Source of the DNA: Vicugna vicugna
Lineage: Eukaryota
Reading direction: 5' to 3'
Assembly (NCBI GenBank): GCA_013265495.1
Contig: MU060767.1
Coordinates: 4,947,546-5,011,545 of the forward strand
Length of the DNA stretch: 64,000 nt
Part shown: positions 48,051 to 59,224 of the stretch, piece by piece
Layout of the letters: each line of letters starts with the position of its first letter
Numbering within the stretch: the stretch's first letter is position 1
The notes under the pieces: generated by a model
The model's input: the letters and a program-made list of their open reading frames with translations, nothing else
What the model was told of the DNA's origin: nothing
Databases searched by the model: none
Made by a program: the position numbers and the translations under genes

Positions 48051-50176
48051 GCACTGTCCCCTGGCCTTCAGCCTAGGAGGTTGGCAATACCTAGGCAAAG
48101 GACTATCAATCTTTTAAAATTTGCTTCTGGATTAGAATTAAGGCAAGTTGTTAAAACCAATACCAAAACTTGCTTCCTTACAGCTTCAGTCACCCCGATT
48201 CAGACCTTTTCTTCGCAGAACAACTGCCAAGAAAAGATACAAAATTTAGTTGCTGTTGGCTGACTGATTTAATTTATTTGCATATACATAATTCAGCCCC
48301 ACCCCTAGTGGCTAATACACCCCCTGGGGAAGCTGTGGCTGCTTTCTGATTGCTGGTGGGGAGGCCTGTGTGTGTTGTTTTTTTAAATAAACTGAAACCA
48401 GATGGAGGAGGGGTGGGGGTTGTTCCCTGCCTTGCCTACAATTTTCTCCAGCGAATTCCTTGAAAAGCCAACCACCTATGAGTGGTGCCTATTCTCCTTG
48501 GAGGTCCCTCACCGCTGGTATGCAAATAGAGAGTGGAGCTGGGATTTCTAAAAATGAAAACAAAAAGAGGAGAAAGCAGCGTCTTGGCAAAAGGGCTTTT
48601 GGAAACAAGGGGTCATCTCCCGGTAGAGCCCCGGTTTTAAGTCTCCACTTACAGTTTGTGTCCTCACTCTCCTTCCTTCTCCCTTGAATTGGAGATTGAG
48701 CTGGGCTTGAGTCAGAATCACCTGGACCAACCACTTGGTGAAAATATGGATTCCAGACATCCTCCTACCCCGCAGGCCCCTTGCAGTGCTAACTGCTGGC
48801 GTGAGACCCCAGCTCTCAGGATGGGTTGATTTTTGAGTCAGTGGAGAGGGTTCTCCCCTGGAAGGGGCCCAAGTGCTCTTGCTTTCATCCTGGGAAGACC
48901 AGTTTCTCAAGGTGGTTATAGAAATATTTTTAACCGCCAGCCAGGTCTAAGGCTTTGTAATGCCCCTCAAGCACCTCATCAAGAGATTCCTTGTTCAGAG
49001 AGATAAGCAAGTATACTACCCACCGGTCACAGTGCCAGGAGGTTAACATATTTCTTTGGTGCGTGAATTAAGCACTGTCATGGTGAAGCATGACCTAGTC
49101 CCCAGGCAGGGGAGAACACTTCTTTCCCAGTTCCGACCTTCATTCCTAGCTCAGAACTCTGTTCTTTTGGATTACAAGGCTTTTTAGATAATTGTGTCAG
49201 GTTACACAAGCTTTTGCGATATGAACACTCAAAGGAAATTCCTCTGGGAGCAGGCATGAAAGGTTCCAGCGTATAATTTGCTTTAAAGTATTCAAGGAAA
49301 AATTCAGGTGCCTCAGCCCTGTACAATTCCTGAAATAAAGTAGGAACAGCCAACAACTTTGCATGCATGTACTATTCCCCATAGAAATGAGCAAGCAAAA
49401 AGATTTCATGCTGAATAGAAATACCCCTCCCCCAGGGATCATGTGCAAGGCTAGGTGGAGGCCAGTTGCAAAGAGGGTGGCTTTGACCAGGCTGCCATGA
49501 AAATCCTTACCAGCGCAGGGTACCTTGTCATCCCCTTTCTGCATCTTAGGTAACACATGTGGTAAATACAAGCCTTCGGTTTTCCAAGAAACATAAAATA
49601 AAAACTGTATTACTGGCAGAGAAGCTTTAAAATCTTTGGTTCCTAGGACACTGAGGGTGCATTTTCCACACACCATGATTTTTATTTCATTTGCCTCTGA
49701 GGGATGGCCCAGAACCAGCTCTGTTGCATAAGGTACTGTTTCCGAGCACCTTGTCCCCAACTGGAGACACAAAATAAGTTTTATCTAGGTCTGAGAGAGT
49801 TCTGAAAGGGTGACATCGTGTTCCAAGCTGCTCTGATTATAGTCAACAGTGAAAGCTGCCAGAGTCTTCTCACCAACAAAGCTGAGATAATATTCTAAAT
49901 ACCGAACTTTACGCTTTCTTAAAGCACAAAGTAGTCATAAAAGATGTTTAACAAGGAAAAGTTAATGGGAGGAAAATGTCTTAAATGTAGCAAATAAAAA
50001 CAATCTTTACAAGTGACATGGGAAAAATAGATTTACTATTATGAAGGGATAATAATGTAGGAAAGTCAATTTTTACACCAAAAATAATTCAACAAGTATT
50101 ATTTACTTTACAAAAGGCTTCACAAAAGAATTCCTATTAAATAGTTTGATACTTTCATTTGTTTGTCCCATTCTTT

Positions 50177-50900
50177 ATTCATTCAACAAACATCTGTTGA
50201 ATGATTACTGTGTTCCAGGCTCTGTGCTTAGGGAAGTGGTGGTGAGCTAAATAAATATTCCTCCCCTTGTGGTCTCTCCATCTGGCTGGAGAACAGCCCC
50301 TAATCAGATCACTATATAATTAGGAAGCCACTACTGATAGAAGGAACTAGAAAGCAGAGCCTCACAGTGCTGTGGGAGTGATGACTTCTATTCTGAGGGT
50401 CAGAAAAAGCTTTCCCGGAGGAAGTGATGTTTCAGGTAGCAACAGCATCACGTGCAATGGTCCCTAGTTTATGAGGGAGCCTAGTCCTTTGAGGAAAAGG
50501 AGGCTATCAGGCTGTAGAGATCAGATGGAGCCAGGGGACAAAGGAGGTCTTGGAGGCTACAGTGAGGAGAAGGTTTTGATTCTAATTTCATAGTATATCA
50601 AAATACCAGTCCCTGAGGAGCAGGGAGAGTCACTGAAGGTTGTAGCAGGAAGTAAAATAATGTTTGACTTTTTTTTTTTCATTTTAAAGAGAGTCTCGAG
50701 CTGTGGGGATAATAGGCTGATGGGAGTGGGGAGCCCACAGTAGAAGCAGAAAGACCAGTCAGGAGTCTGCTGCATTTGCCAGAACAAGAGATGCTGCTGG
50801 CCATGGGGACAAGCCAAGTGGATGGGCTGAATCATCCAGGGCCCACTGGAAATGGTACTGTGACCCAGACTAAATGGACTCAGAGAGCAAGAGCTGTGGC
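50177..50900 (-). mobile_element. L2 LINE 3' fragment
   Basis: attcattcaacaaacatctgttgaatgattactgtgttccaggc; aaagctttcccggaggaagtgatgttt. Confidence 0.8.
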
Positions 50901-51039
50901 TAACCAATCCCACCAGGCTAACTTGATAATTAAAATTTAATTCTCTTATTTAATGAAATGGGGAGCATCACTTCCTGGTAGAAAGACAAGTAGACTCTAG
51001 ATTATATGTATCAATGTCCACTACCAGTGGAACACTCTG

Positions 51040-51215
51040 TGTGCTTCATATGCAGGACCATGTTTTCAGACCTCATCATGGCCCTATGCAGTAACTACTG
51101 TTACTCCCACTTCACAAAGGAGTAAACTGAGACTTAGAGAGGTTAAGGAATTTGCCCAACTGGTGACTGGCAGAGCTGGGACTGAAACAGGTAACCACTG
51201 ACATGCCCTGGGACA
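51040..51215 (-). mobile_element. MIR SINE
   Basis: actcccacttcacaaaggagtaaactgagacttagagaggttaaggaatttgccc. Confidence 0.8.
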
Positions 51216-52055
51216 AGTGACAAGTCCCAGGAAGGCTGGGCATACATTAGCTCTAATTAAGGATAGGTTGCTGCATCCAGCCCAGGGTAAGATAAGCCAC
51301 CCAGGAGTCTCTTCTGGCAACTAAGAGTCACGTAAGCTAGCCTGGAACCTTCTCACACTCATGTGCACAGGTTCTTTAAACCACAGTTGGGTTTTTTGTC
51401 CTCACAGCCTGGGCTGTTCACCCTGGGCAGACCTGCCTTGCTGGTCAGGGGCAGCTGCTCTGGGCAGGAACAAGTCCTGCCTGAGGGGCCGACTTCTATC
51501 GCAGAAAAACGTGCCTCATGTTTTCATAGAAACTGGCCAGAGGGGGCAAGAGGGGCTGAAACTATACTGCAAGTAAACAGGACCCTGTAGAAAAAGGCCT
51601 AGGGGTGGGAGGGAATGCTTTGGGTTCCAGGAGATGTACAATCCTATCAGAGGACAGGGACAAGGAGGCGGACAGGAGCTTGCTGAGCTGGGCTTTGAAA
51701 ACCATACTTTGGCATTTCAATTGATCCTAAAGGCAAAAAGAAGCCCTGGAAGTATCTTAAACAGAAGGCTGATGAGGTGGTATTAGCAGTGTGTGGCCTG
51801 ATTCCTCAGTAGGTGATGCCCTGGGTAGTGTCAGGTTCTGGATTGGGAACCACACCACAATGACAGACTCAGAACACCATCAAACTGCCTGTGCTGTTAA
51901 GAAGCAGATTTGGCCAGAGGGAGTCTTCTTTTCAGACAGTTTGGCCCAAAGTCACTCAGACAGACATCTAAGGAATCTAAGCAGTCATTTTTGTTTCAAA
52001 TGAAACAGCTTTAATTGGTTAAATGCGTGTGTGCTTAGCCCTATTTGAAACCCAC

Positions 52056-52553
52056 TGTATTAGTTTCCTATTGCTGATACGACAAAGTGCTGCAAATTCA
52101 GTGGCTTAAAATAATACAAATTTATTATGTTACAGTTCTGGCAGTCAGAAGTTTGAAATGGATCTCACTGGGCTAAAGTCAAAGTGTCAGCAGACTGGTT
52201 CCTTCTGGGGACTCTAGGGGTAAATCTGTTTCCTTGCTTTTTCCAGGTTCTACAGGACACCTTTTGGCTCATGGCTTCTTCCTCCATCTTCAAAGCCAGA
52301 ATTATAGTGTCTTCAAATCTCTCTGGCCTCTGCTTTCATCATCACATCTCCTCCCACTTTGCTCCTTATGACTCCCTCTTATAAGGGCCCTGTGATTACA
52401 CTGAGCCCACCCAGATAATCCAGGATAATCTCCCACATCTCAAGGTCCTTATCATATCTGCAGGTTACACTTTGCCATGTTAAGGTAACATATTCATTGG
52501 TTCCAGAGACTGGGACACGGACATCTTTGGGAGGCCATTATTCAGACTATCAC
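52056..52553 (-). mobile_element. MaLR solo LTR (MLT1D-like)
   Basis: Starts tgtattagtttcctattgctg; contains ggcttaaa, tacagttctgg, cccacccagataatccaggataatctc; ends gccattattcagactatcac. Confidence 0.88.
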
Positions 52554-53132
52554 TCACTTTAACAAAGAGAAAGAATAAGCTTGGCATCTAGGAGGAGAAC
52601 GGACTGGAGGCAGACAGGCTGATGTTAGGGAGAAAAGAGGCTTCTGCAGGGTCAGCAAGGAAGATGCTGGTGATCTGGGCTGGAGTGAAGCGGGAAGAAC
52701 ACGTTTCAGAGTGAGGATTGCATGATCTTGGGGACTGTCTGGGTTAAATGGGCAAGGACTAGTCAGAGACTGGGTAGGTAATGGTGCCCTTCAGAGGGCC
52801 TGAGGGGAGGAGCAGTTTTGTGGAAAGGACATATAGGGATATATAAATTCCCATGGGACATCTAAGAGAAGTAGCTGGGAGGAGAGTGGACCCAAGGTCT
52901 AGATGGCTGTGACTCTCAGATCCCTTCCCTCCCTGTCAGCATACATGGGCTCAACCTCCACCTTGATTTCTAGGTAACCATCTCTTTTTGACCCTGAGTT
53001 CTGTAATTCAGATAAGATCTGAGCAATCATCTTGTATTTCTGAGTAGTATTGATATTTATTCTATATTGAGTTTGAGTTTATCAGTCCTGGAAACAAGAA
53101 TTTGTATGGTAGAGAGATCAAGTCACTTGCAT

Positions 53133-53172
53133 AGATGAGATTGGGCGTGTTCAGGGTGGTATGGCCGTAGAC
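53133..53172 (-). pseudogene. 3'-truncated 5S rRNA retropseudogene (nt 1-40), tailless, with 15-bp TSDs
   Basis: Minus strand GTCTACGGCCATACCACCCTGAACACGCCCAATCTCATCT vs 5S GTCTACGGCCATACCACCCTGAACGCGCCCGATCTCGTCT (three CpG transitions); TSD aagtcacttgcatag 53120-53134 and 53175-53189. Confidence 0.93.
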
Positions 53173-54139
53173 TTAAGTCACTTGCATAGGACTTATAATT
53201 GGCATGTGATAGAGCAGGAGTTTCTCTGTTGCTTTTGTTGTATGGTTGTGGCTGATACCTTTTAGAGATAGGGATGTTTTCTGTCCAGCCCATTCTGAGC
53301 AGGTAGCCAGCCAACTTCTCACATTTTCAGGGCCTTAGATATATGGATAGGTCAGCTGGTAGAAGACAAAGCTTATTCTTGTTTTGGGGGAAGGGCTGAG
53401 CTCATGGGAGGGTCCATCCTGAGTGTTCCCAAGAAGAAGCAGAGAGGGGGCTTTCAGGGAAGCCAGGTCCAGCAGGGAGGTCCCCCAGGCAGGGAAAGGG
53501 AAGACACTCCACACACCCTGGAACAGAGGAAGCAGGTGCCTGTTTCCTGGCAGCCCTGGAGCAGCAGGCATGGCCCCACAAAGGCCAAATATAAGAGTAC
53601 CATGGATGGGACAATGGTTGTGGCCTCAGTACCAGAGAGGGCCCATGACCAGAGAGTGCTTCTCAAACTGTCTACTATTGCAGGAGATCCTGAGCCCTGG
53701 GAATAACCTGGGTAAAGAGGAGCCTAGTGGAGACCAAGACTGAATTTTTCACCAGCCTGGAAGATGGGAGCTCCCAGTAGGATTTATGCTATATTTAAAG
53801 GAAATAAAGAAAGGAAATATTTTGTGTTCTTACAGTTCACACTTTAAATTATAGGGCACCTGAATATTTATTTGTATATTTATTTGTCTAGATCTGCCTT
53901 CCCCTTAGCCTGTAATCTCCCTGAAGGGCAGGGATTTCGTGGGTGTTCCCCATGGTACGTCCAGTGCCCAGCACATACTCATTTAAGTGTGTGGGCTAAC
54001 TGGGGGTCTACCTGAGAGCGGTGGGCTCATTAGAGAAACTGGAGCACGTCTGGGACAAATTAGTATTTCCAGAAGACAAGCTGTGCATTGAGGGTGGGGG
54101 AAGTGGGTTTTCTAGGAGAAAGGTTGGAAAGAAACGTGA

Positions 54140-54570
54140 ACCTGTCGGCCTAGGGCTGAGGGGGCCCTTGGCGAGCCCCGCCCGGAGCCGGGGTGCCAGC
54201 GCGACGTGACGCAGCGCGGTTTGGCCGCTGTGGGGCGCCGTAGCCCGCGTCGTTGCCAGGGGAACGGGCCCAGCGCCGGACGAGGCCCAGCCCGCCTCGG
54301 CCTGGCCCCGCGATACAGCCAGCCGGCTCCAGCCGGAGCTGGAGAACTTGCGAGTCCAACCTCTGCCGCGCGGCCCGGTATGGGTCCGCGCTCCAGGGCA
54401 CGCCTCCACCCTGTCCCAGGGACCGTCTCCGCTGCGAGGGTCTGAAGAGCCTCCGTCCTGGGGAAGGGTGGACGGCCAGGCGCGGTGACTGAACCGCTGA
54501 GTGACCTTGGCAGGGCCTATCTGGCTCCACCGCCACGACGCGCAGGTGAGGAGCCCCCGCCGCAGTTCTC
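54140..54570 (+). promoter_or_regulatory. ZDHHC1: CpG-island promoter and non-coding first exon of ZDHHC1
   Basis: Dense CpG; GC box gccccgccc 54175-54183; TGACG 54207-54211; X-box-like 54252-54265; candidate donors CCG|GTATGG (54377) and CAG|GTGAGG (54545); upstream of the ZDHHC1 coding exons. Confidence 0.75.
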
Positions 54571-54659
54571 TCCTCGAAGCCTGACCTGAACCGCTGGGAC
54601 AGAGCTTCTGCCGCCCAGCCAAACTCCAGGTACCGGACAGAGCGCCAGGCTTCCGTCTA

Positions 54660-55200
54660 GCATTCATCAGGCGCACAGACCTGCATTGAGCGCCTACTGT
54701 GTGCTAGGCTGTTTGCCAGGCGCAGGGCCACAGAGAGCCACGGAGGGCTCCAAAGAGGACGCGGCTGGTTTCCAGAACCCACAGTGTAAAGAGAGGCGGG
54801 GCAGGGGTTGGGGTGCGGGAAGCAGGCGCCAGATGGATGACTAAAGTGCTTTCGGGCTGGGTTAAATGCTCTCGTGATGAAATGGAGGGAGGTGGTCAGG
54901 GAGAGTCTGCTCTAACATGTGACTTTTAAGCCAAGACCTGAAGGTTGAAAAGGAGCCAGCATTGTGATCAGGGTAAGGGTCATTCTTGAAGAGACAAAAG
55001 CAAATACAAAGGTCTGGAGGCAGCAGGTACAGGGGAGCAGAAAGGATGAGGGGAACCTTGAAGGAGGTGGTGGGGGTTTCAACTTTATCCTAGCAGCAGG
55101 AGGAAACCACTGAGGAGTTTTGATGACTTTGAAGTTTTGAAAAGCTCACCTCACTCTGGCTGTTGTGAGCAGTGTGGTTGTGACAGGGCACACCAGGAAG
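54660..55200 (-). mobile_element. L2 LINE fragment
   Basis: cattcatc...cattgagcgcctactgtgtgctaggc; aagccaagacctgaagg; ttttgaaaagctcacc. Confidence 0.7.
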
Positions 55201-56839
55201 TCAGCTGAGGGCCATCCTAGTTCTGCCAGTTTAGCTGTGCCTCTTACAACTTAGTCTCTCTGAGCCTCAGTGTTCTCATCTGTGAAAGGGGCATATTGTT
55301 CTGTATGTTGTTTATGAGAAAGAAAATGAGGGGCCAACCACATCCGAGACCAATGACTAGAGAGTTCTATGAGAACAATTTGAAATGATAGGACCTACTC
55401 AGAGAATTGTAAGGGTTTAATAAGTGAATTTCATCTAAGTATTTAAAGCAATGCCTGGCACAGAATAAGTGCCCTTTAAATGCTAATGATGGTCATTATT
55501 ATTGAAACATTGTAGGGGAGCAAAGATTGGGGCTTGGATTAAGATGATGGCAGCAGAGACAGTAAGAAGTTTCTGGCTTAATTTCCCTTCTTGAAGGAGA
55601 GCTGTATTCAGAGGTGGGTGAGGGGTGGTCCCTGTTTTTGTGGAACTGGTGGTTCACTGTGGGAGACAGGTTTGTAAACAGATAATCACCATAAGATGCG
55701 ATAAAAGCAACACTGGTACTTAATTAGCCAGAGTTTTTTTTCTTTTGTTTTTCTTACTTTATTCTGTCACAACTTTGTTCTTAATGACTGTTTCTTGGTG
55801 GGTGTTCCTCAAGGCTTGCTCCTTTGATCATGGGAGTTGGTTTCCTGGTTAAAATCAACAACTTTTGCCTCTACTCATTGGCTTTGTTTCAGCTCCCTCC
55901 TCTTGTCTTCTTTCCTTGGCTTAACTTGAATCCTAAACAGTTTGCATTGGTTGCTTCAGGAGGAGAATGGCACAGAAAATGTTTGCAGACCATGTCAATT
56001 CAGGAATGACTGAGGTTTCAAGCTTTTCCTGCCCTAGCATCAGACTTCTGCATGTTGTTGATATGAAGAATCCAGCCACATCTGTGACCAACAACTTGGA
56101 GAGGTTTATGAGAATGGCTTGAAGCTCCAATTTATTTTCTGGGAATTGTGATGGGCATCTCTTAGTCAAACTGTAGCCACTCCCCAGAATTTTAAGGCCA
56201 GCAACTTCTCTGGCACTTGTGGGGAATTCTGATAAAGTACTTGCTCCTTAAAAGTTCTTTTATAAATGACGTTTTACGGTGTAAAACATATGCACCATGC
56301 AGCATTTTGTTTCCACACCCCCTTTATGTGGCTAAATAAGGCATATGTTAAATCAGTGAAAATGGGTTTAAAAGCAGATCCTGGGGAAAAAACGGAAAAC
56401 TTGTTTCAAAATACCTGTAGAATCACTCATACAGCAACCATAAATCTTCTAGCAAAAAGAAAAGATGGTTGAGAGTGAAACCTTCCTTCCCTTTGGGTTC
56501 TGGAGTCACAAGAGCTGAGCTGAACTTCAGCTGAGGACTGGAACAAGGTCCTGCCCAGCGGCTCCTGTGTTGTGCTGCCTGGTTGTCTGATTCCAGCTTT
56601 GATGAAACCCTCAATAGCTCATAGGGAGCTCTTCAGCTGAACAACTCAGAATTGCTTTTGAGAGTGAGAAAGCATTGAACTAAAACTGAGTGCTCTTTTG
56701 TTGCATGGTAGGATTTCTTTGTCTGGCACAGTACAGGGCTCTGGATCATATGAGCACATTTGGTCCACATGGCAGCCCAGTGGGTCAAGGAGGATAAGAG
56801 ATGACATCCTCAATTATTTATTTGACCTAGTTTTTTTTT

Positions 56840-57560
56840 TAAAGCAGTACATGCACATGGTTAAGAAAAAAAAGATTCCAGATAGCACCAAGGAGTACAT
56901 AGTAAAGGCAAATCTCTCTCACCCCCAACTACTAGATCTCCATCTCAGAGGCTGCCTTCTTTGCTTCCTTGCATTTCTTTCCAGAGAGACTCTGTGCATA
57001 TAGAAACATTAATGTCTATCCATCCCCCTTTGTTTTTACACACTCGTAGGGTAGGCTACAACAGTCCCATGTCTTGCTTTTCTGCTTAACTGTGTATCAA
57101 AAGCTACTTCATCCCTCATTGGTTTTTTTTTTTTTTTGAGTAAAGGTAGATTTATTTAGAGAGATACATAGGCTGTTTCAGAAGGCAAAAGAAAGGTCAT
57201 GAGGTTTTGGGGTTGAGTACTCAGGTTAAACTAAAAGTAGATACACACTCCATAGATAGAGTGCGGGCTGTCTCCAAAGATGAAGGGAGCAAGAGAGGCA
57301 GCCCCTCATTGTTTTTTATGTTGTATGGCATTACAATATGTGGATGTTCATATATTTGTTTATATTGTTTTTTTGTCCTTTATTATTACAAACAAGACTG
57401 CAATGAAGCTTTGTGCACTTTATGAGCATAAGTATAAGATAAATAAATACCTAGAAATGGAATGTCTCGGCCCAAGGGTGTATGTGTTATGAAGTTTGGT
57501 AGACATTGCCAAATTGCCTTCCAGCTAACTTTTTTGAAAAATAAATAAAGGAGAGATCCA
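56840..57560 (-). mobile_element. Old L1 (L1ME-like) antisense, interrupted by a younger insert
   Basis: gtacatgcacatgg, ctagaaatggaatg, tttggtagacattgccaaattgccttcca. Confidence 0.65.
57122..57302 (-). mobile_element. Polyadenylated retrocopy of an ERV-LTR-like transcript end
   Basis: T15 at 57123-57137; minus AATAAA 57151-57156; TSD ccctcattg 57113-57121 and 57303-57311; body (cactctatctatggagtgtgtatct) resembles an ERV1 LTR R region. Confidence 0.7.
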
Positions 57561-58670
57561 AAGAGGTGGCTTTGTGAAATTTGCCCACCGTGTTCCTCAA
57601 TCTGTGAGCAGCAATGCAGGGACTGGAACCAGGTTCTGTCTCCAGCCCTAGCCCATTTCCCTGGCTCCAAGCTGTCTCTCCCCAGTGGTAGCGCAGATCC
57701 CCAGGCCCTTAAAACCCTCACGTCAGCCCTGTCACCTCTCTTCTGACCCTTTCACTCTACCCTCTCAGTTCTGTGGCCTCCCTCAACAAACCCTCTTTAG
57801 TAATTAAGTTCATTCTTTCCTAAAATCCTCAGACATCTTGCAGGAATGCAGGGATGCCCACAGCCTCTCCAGGGCTAGTACTTTTCACGTCAGTCTAGTT
57901 CTTTTGACAGTGCCATTCACAAATCTCAGAATAACATTCCTAAATATTTCTTTGGTGGGAGCAGAAGTGGGCAAGAGGGAAATGGATCAGTCATGTAACT
58001 GTTCTACAGCTCATAATGAGAACTTATTCAACACAACATAATGAGGTAAGATTTTCCTCGCTTAAATTAGGCATATAAATTAAGGTAGCCTAACCTTAGT
58101 TTGAAAATGCAGCTTTTAGCAAGTGAATGTTAACATAGATTATTATCATTCCAGCAGTGGCCTTCATCTTGTTGGGACATGGGGGTGGGGGGCCTGCACA
58201 GCCCCTTCAGCCTGCCTCAGAAGCCAGGTGGGGCTTTGACTTACCAAAGCAGCAGCTACCTTTGGCCATAACATCCATGCGACCTCTTCACTCTTGTCTT
58301 CCCTTGGTCCCATAAGTTTAACTCTGTGGTTTGTTCTGAAGCAAAATAATGTACTTGAAGAACCTTTTATCAAAATCCACCTACCTCTCAGCCCACCAAA
58401 GATGCAGTGGGGGCATTAGGTGTGCAGGAAGGAGCTTGTGGGCTTGACCTCCGCCTCCCAACCAACTCCTCCCAAGGCCAGCCTGCTGTGGCATCACCTC
58501 TCCCCAAGCCATTTCCCTTCTTGCTCATGCCCTCCTTTCCACTGTGACTAGAAATCTTTCTAAAACATCCATCACCTTTATGTCATTTCCCCTGCTCTAA
58601 ACTTCCTGTGACTCCCTGTGGCTCTTTCAATGGTGCCTAAGTTTACTGACCTGGCTTCCTAGGATCACCT

Positions 58671-59224
58671 TGTTACCAAACCAAAGTCAAGTCTGCTTGC
58701 CCAATGCTCAGCAAAGCCAATCTACTGACACTGAGCTGTGGTGAAGTAAAGTACAGTGTTTATTGCAGGGTACCAAGCAAGGGAGTGGGAAATAAGCCTC
58801 TGATCCACTCCAACTTGGTCTTTGAGTTATGGGCTTTTTTTTTTTTTAAGGGGAAGAACAGTGAGGCTGAGATTAATCATTATTTTGTGACGTTTTTGTT
58901 ATACTTTGTAATCATAGTTTTTGGTGTCAGAATGTCTCTGATTTATGACTCTCTGGCCAGGTGGTCCATGGCTTATGGATCTGTTAGCTCATCTTGCTTG
59001 GGAGAAACAACCTGAGTTTGTATGTTAATGATAAAATCTATAGTCCCAATTTTAGTACATTAATGATGTTATCAACAACAGCAGTTTTAGTCAGCTGACT
59101 TTGGTTGTTTAGTGTTCAGTTCGCACAGGATTGCGGTCAGAGGGGACAAGAAAGCGGATAGAGTTTTGGACAGATTAATCATAATTTTGGTAAGGGAACT
59201 CAGTCTTAGGGGAACTCAGTTTCC
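58671..59224 (-). mobile_element. ERV1-type solo LTR (~554 bp) inserted in an L2
   Basis: Begins TGTTACC; ends ...ggaactcagtttcc; TSD (c)acct 58667-58670 / 59225-59228; minus AATAAA near 58760; flanks join into a continuous L2. Confidence 0.8.

Noticed and set aside
53133-53172. Functional 5S rRNA gene
   Set aside because: Only 40 of about 120 nt, lacking the internal promoter and terminator.
54008-54676. 222-aa minus-strand ORF across the ZDHHC1 promoter
   Set aside because: CpG-island artefact running into an L2.
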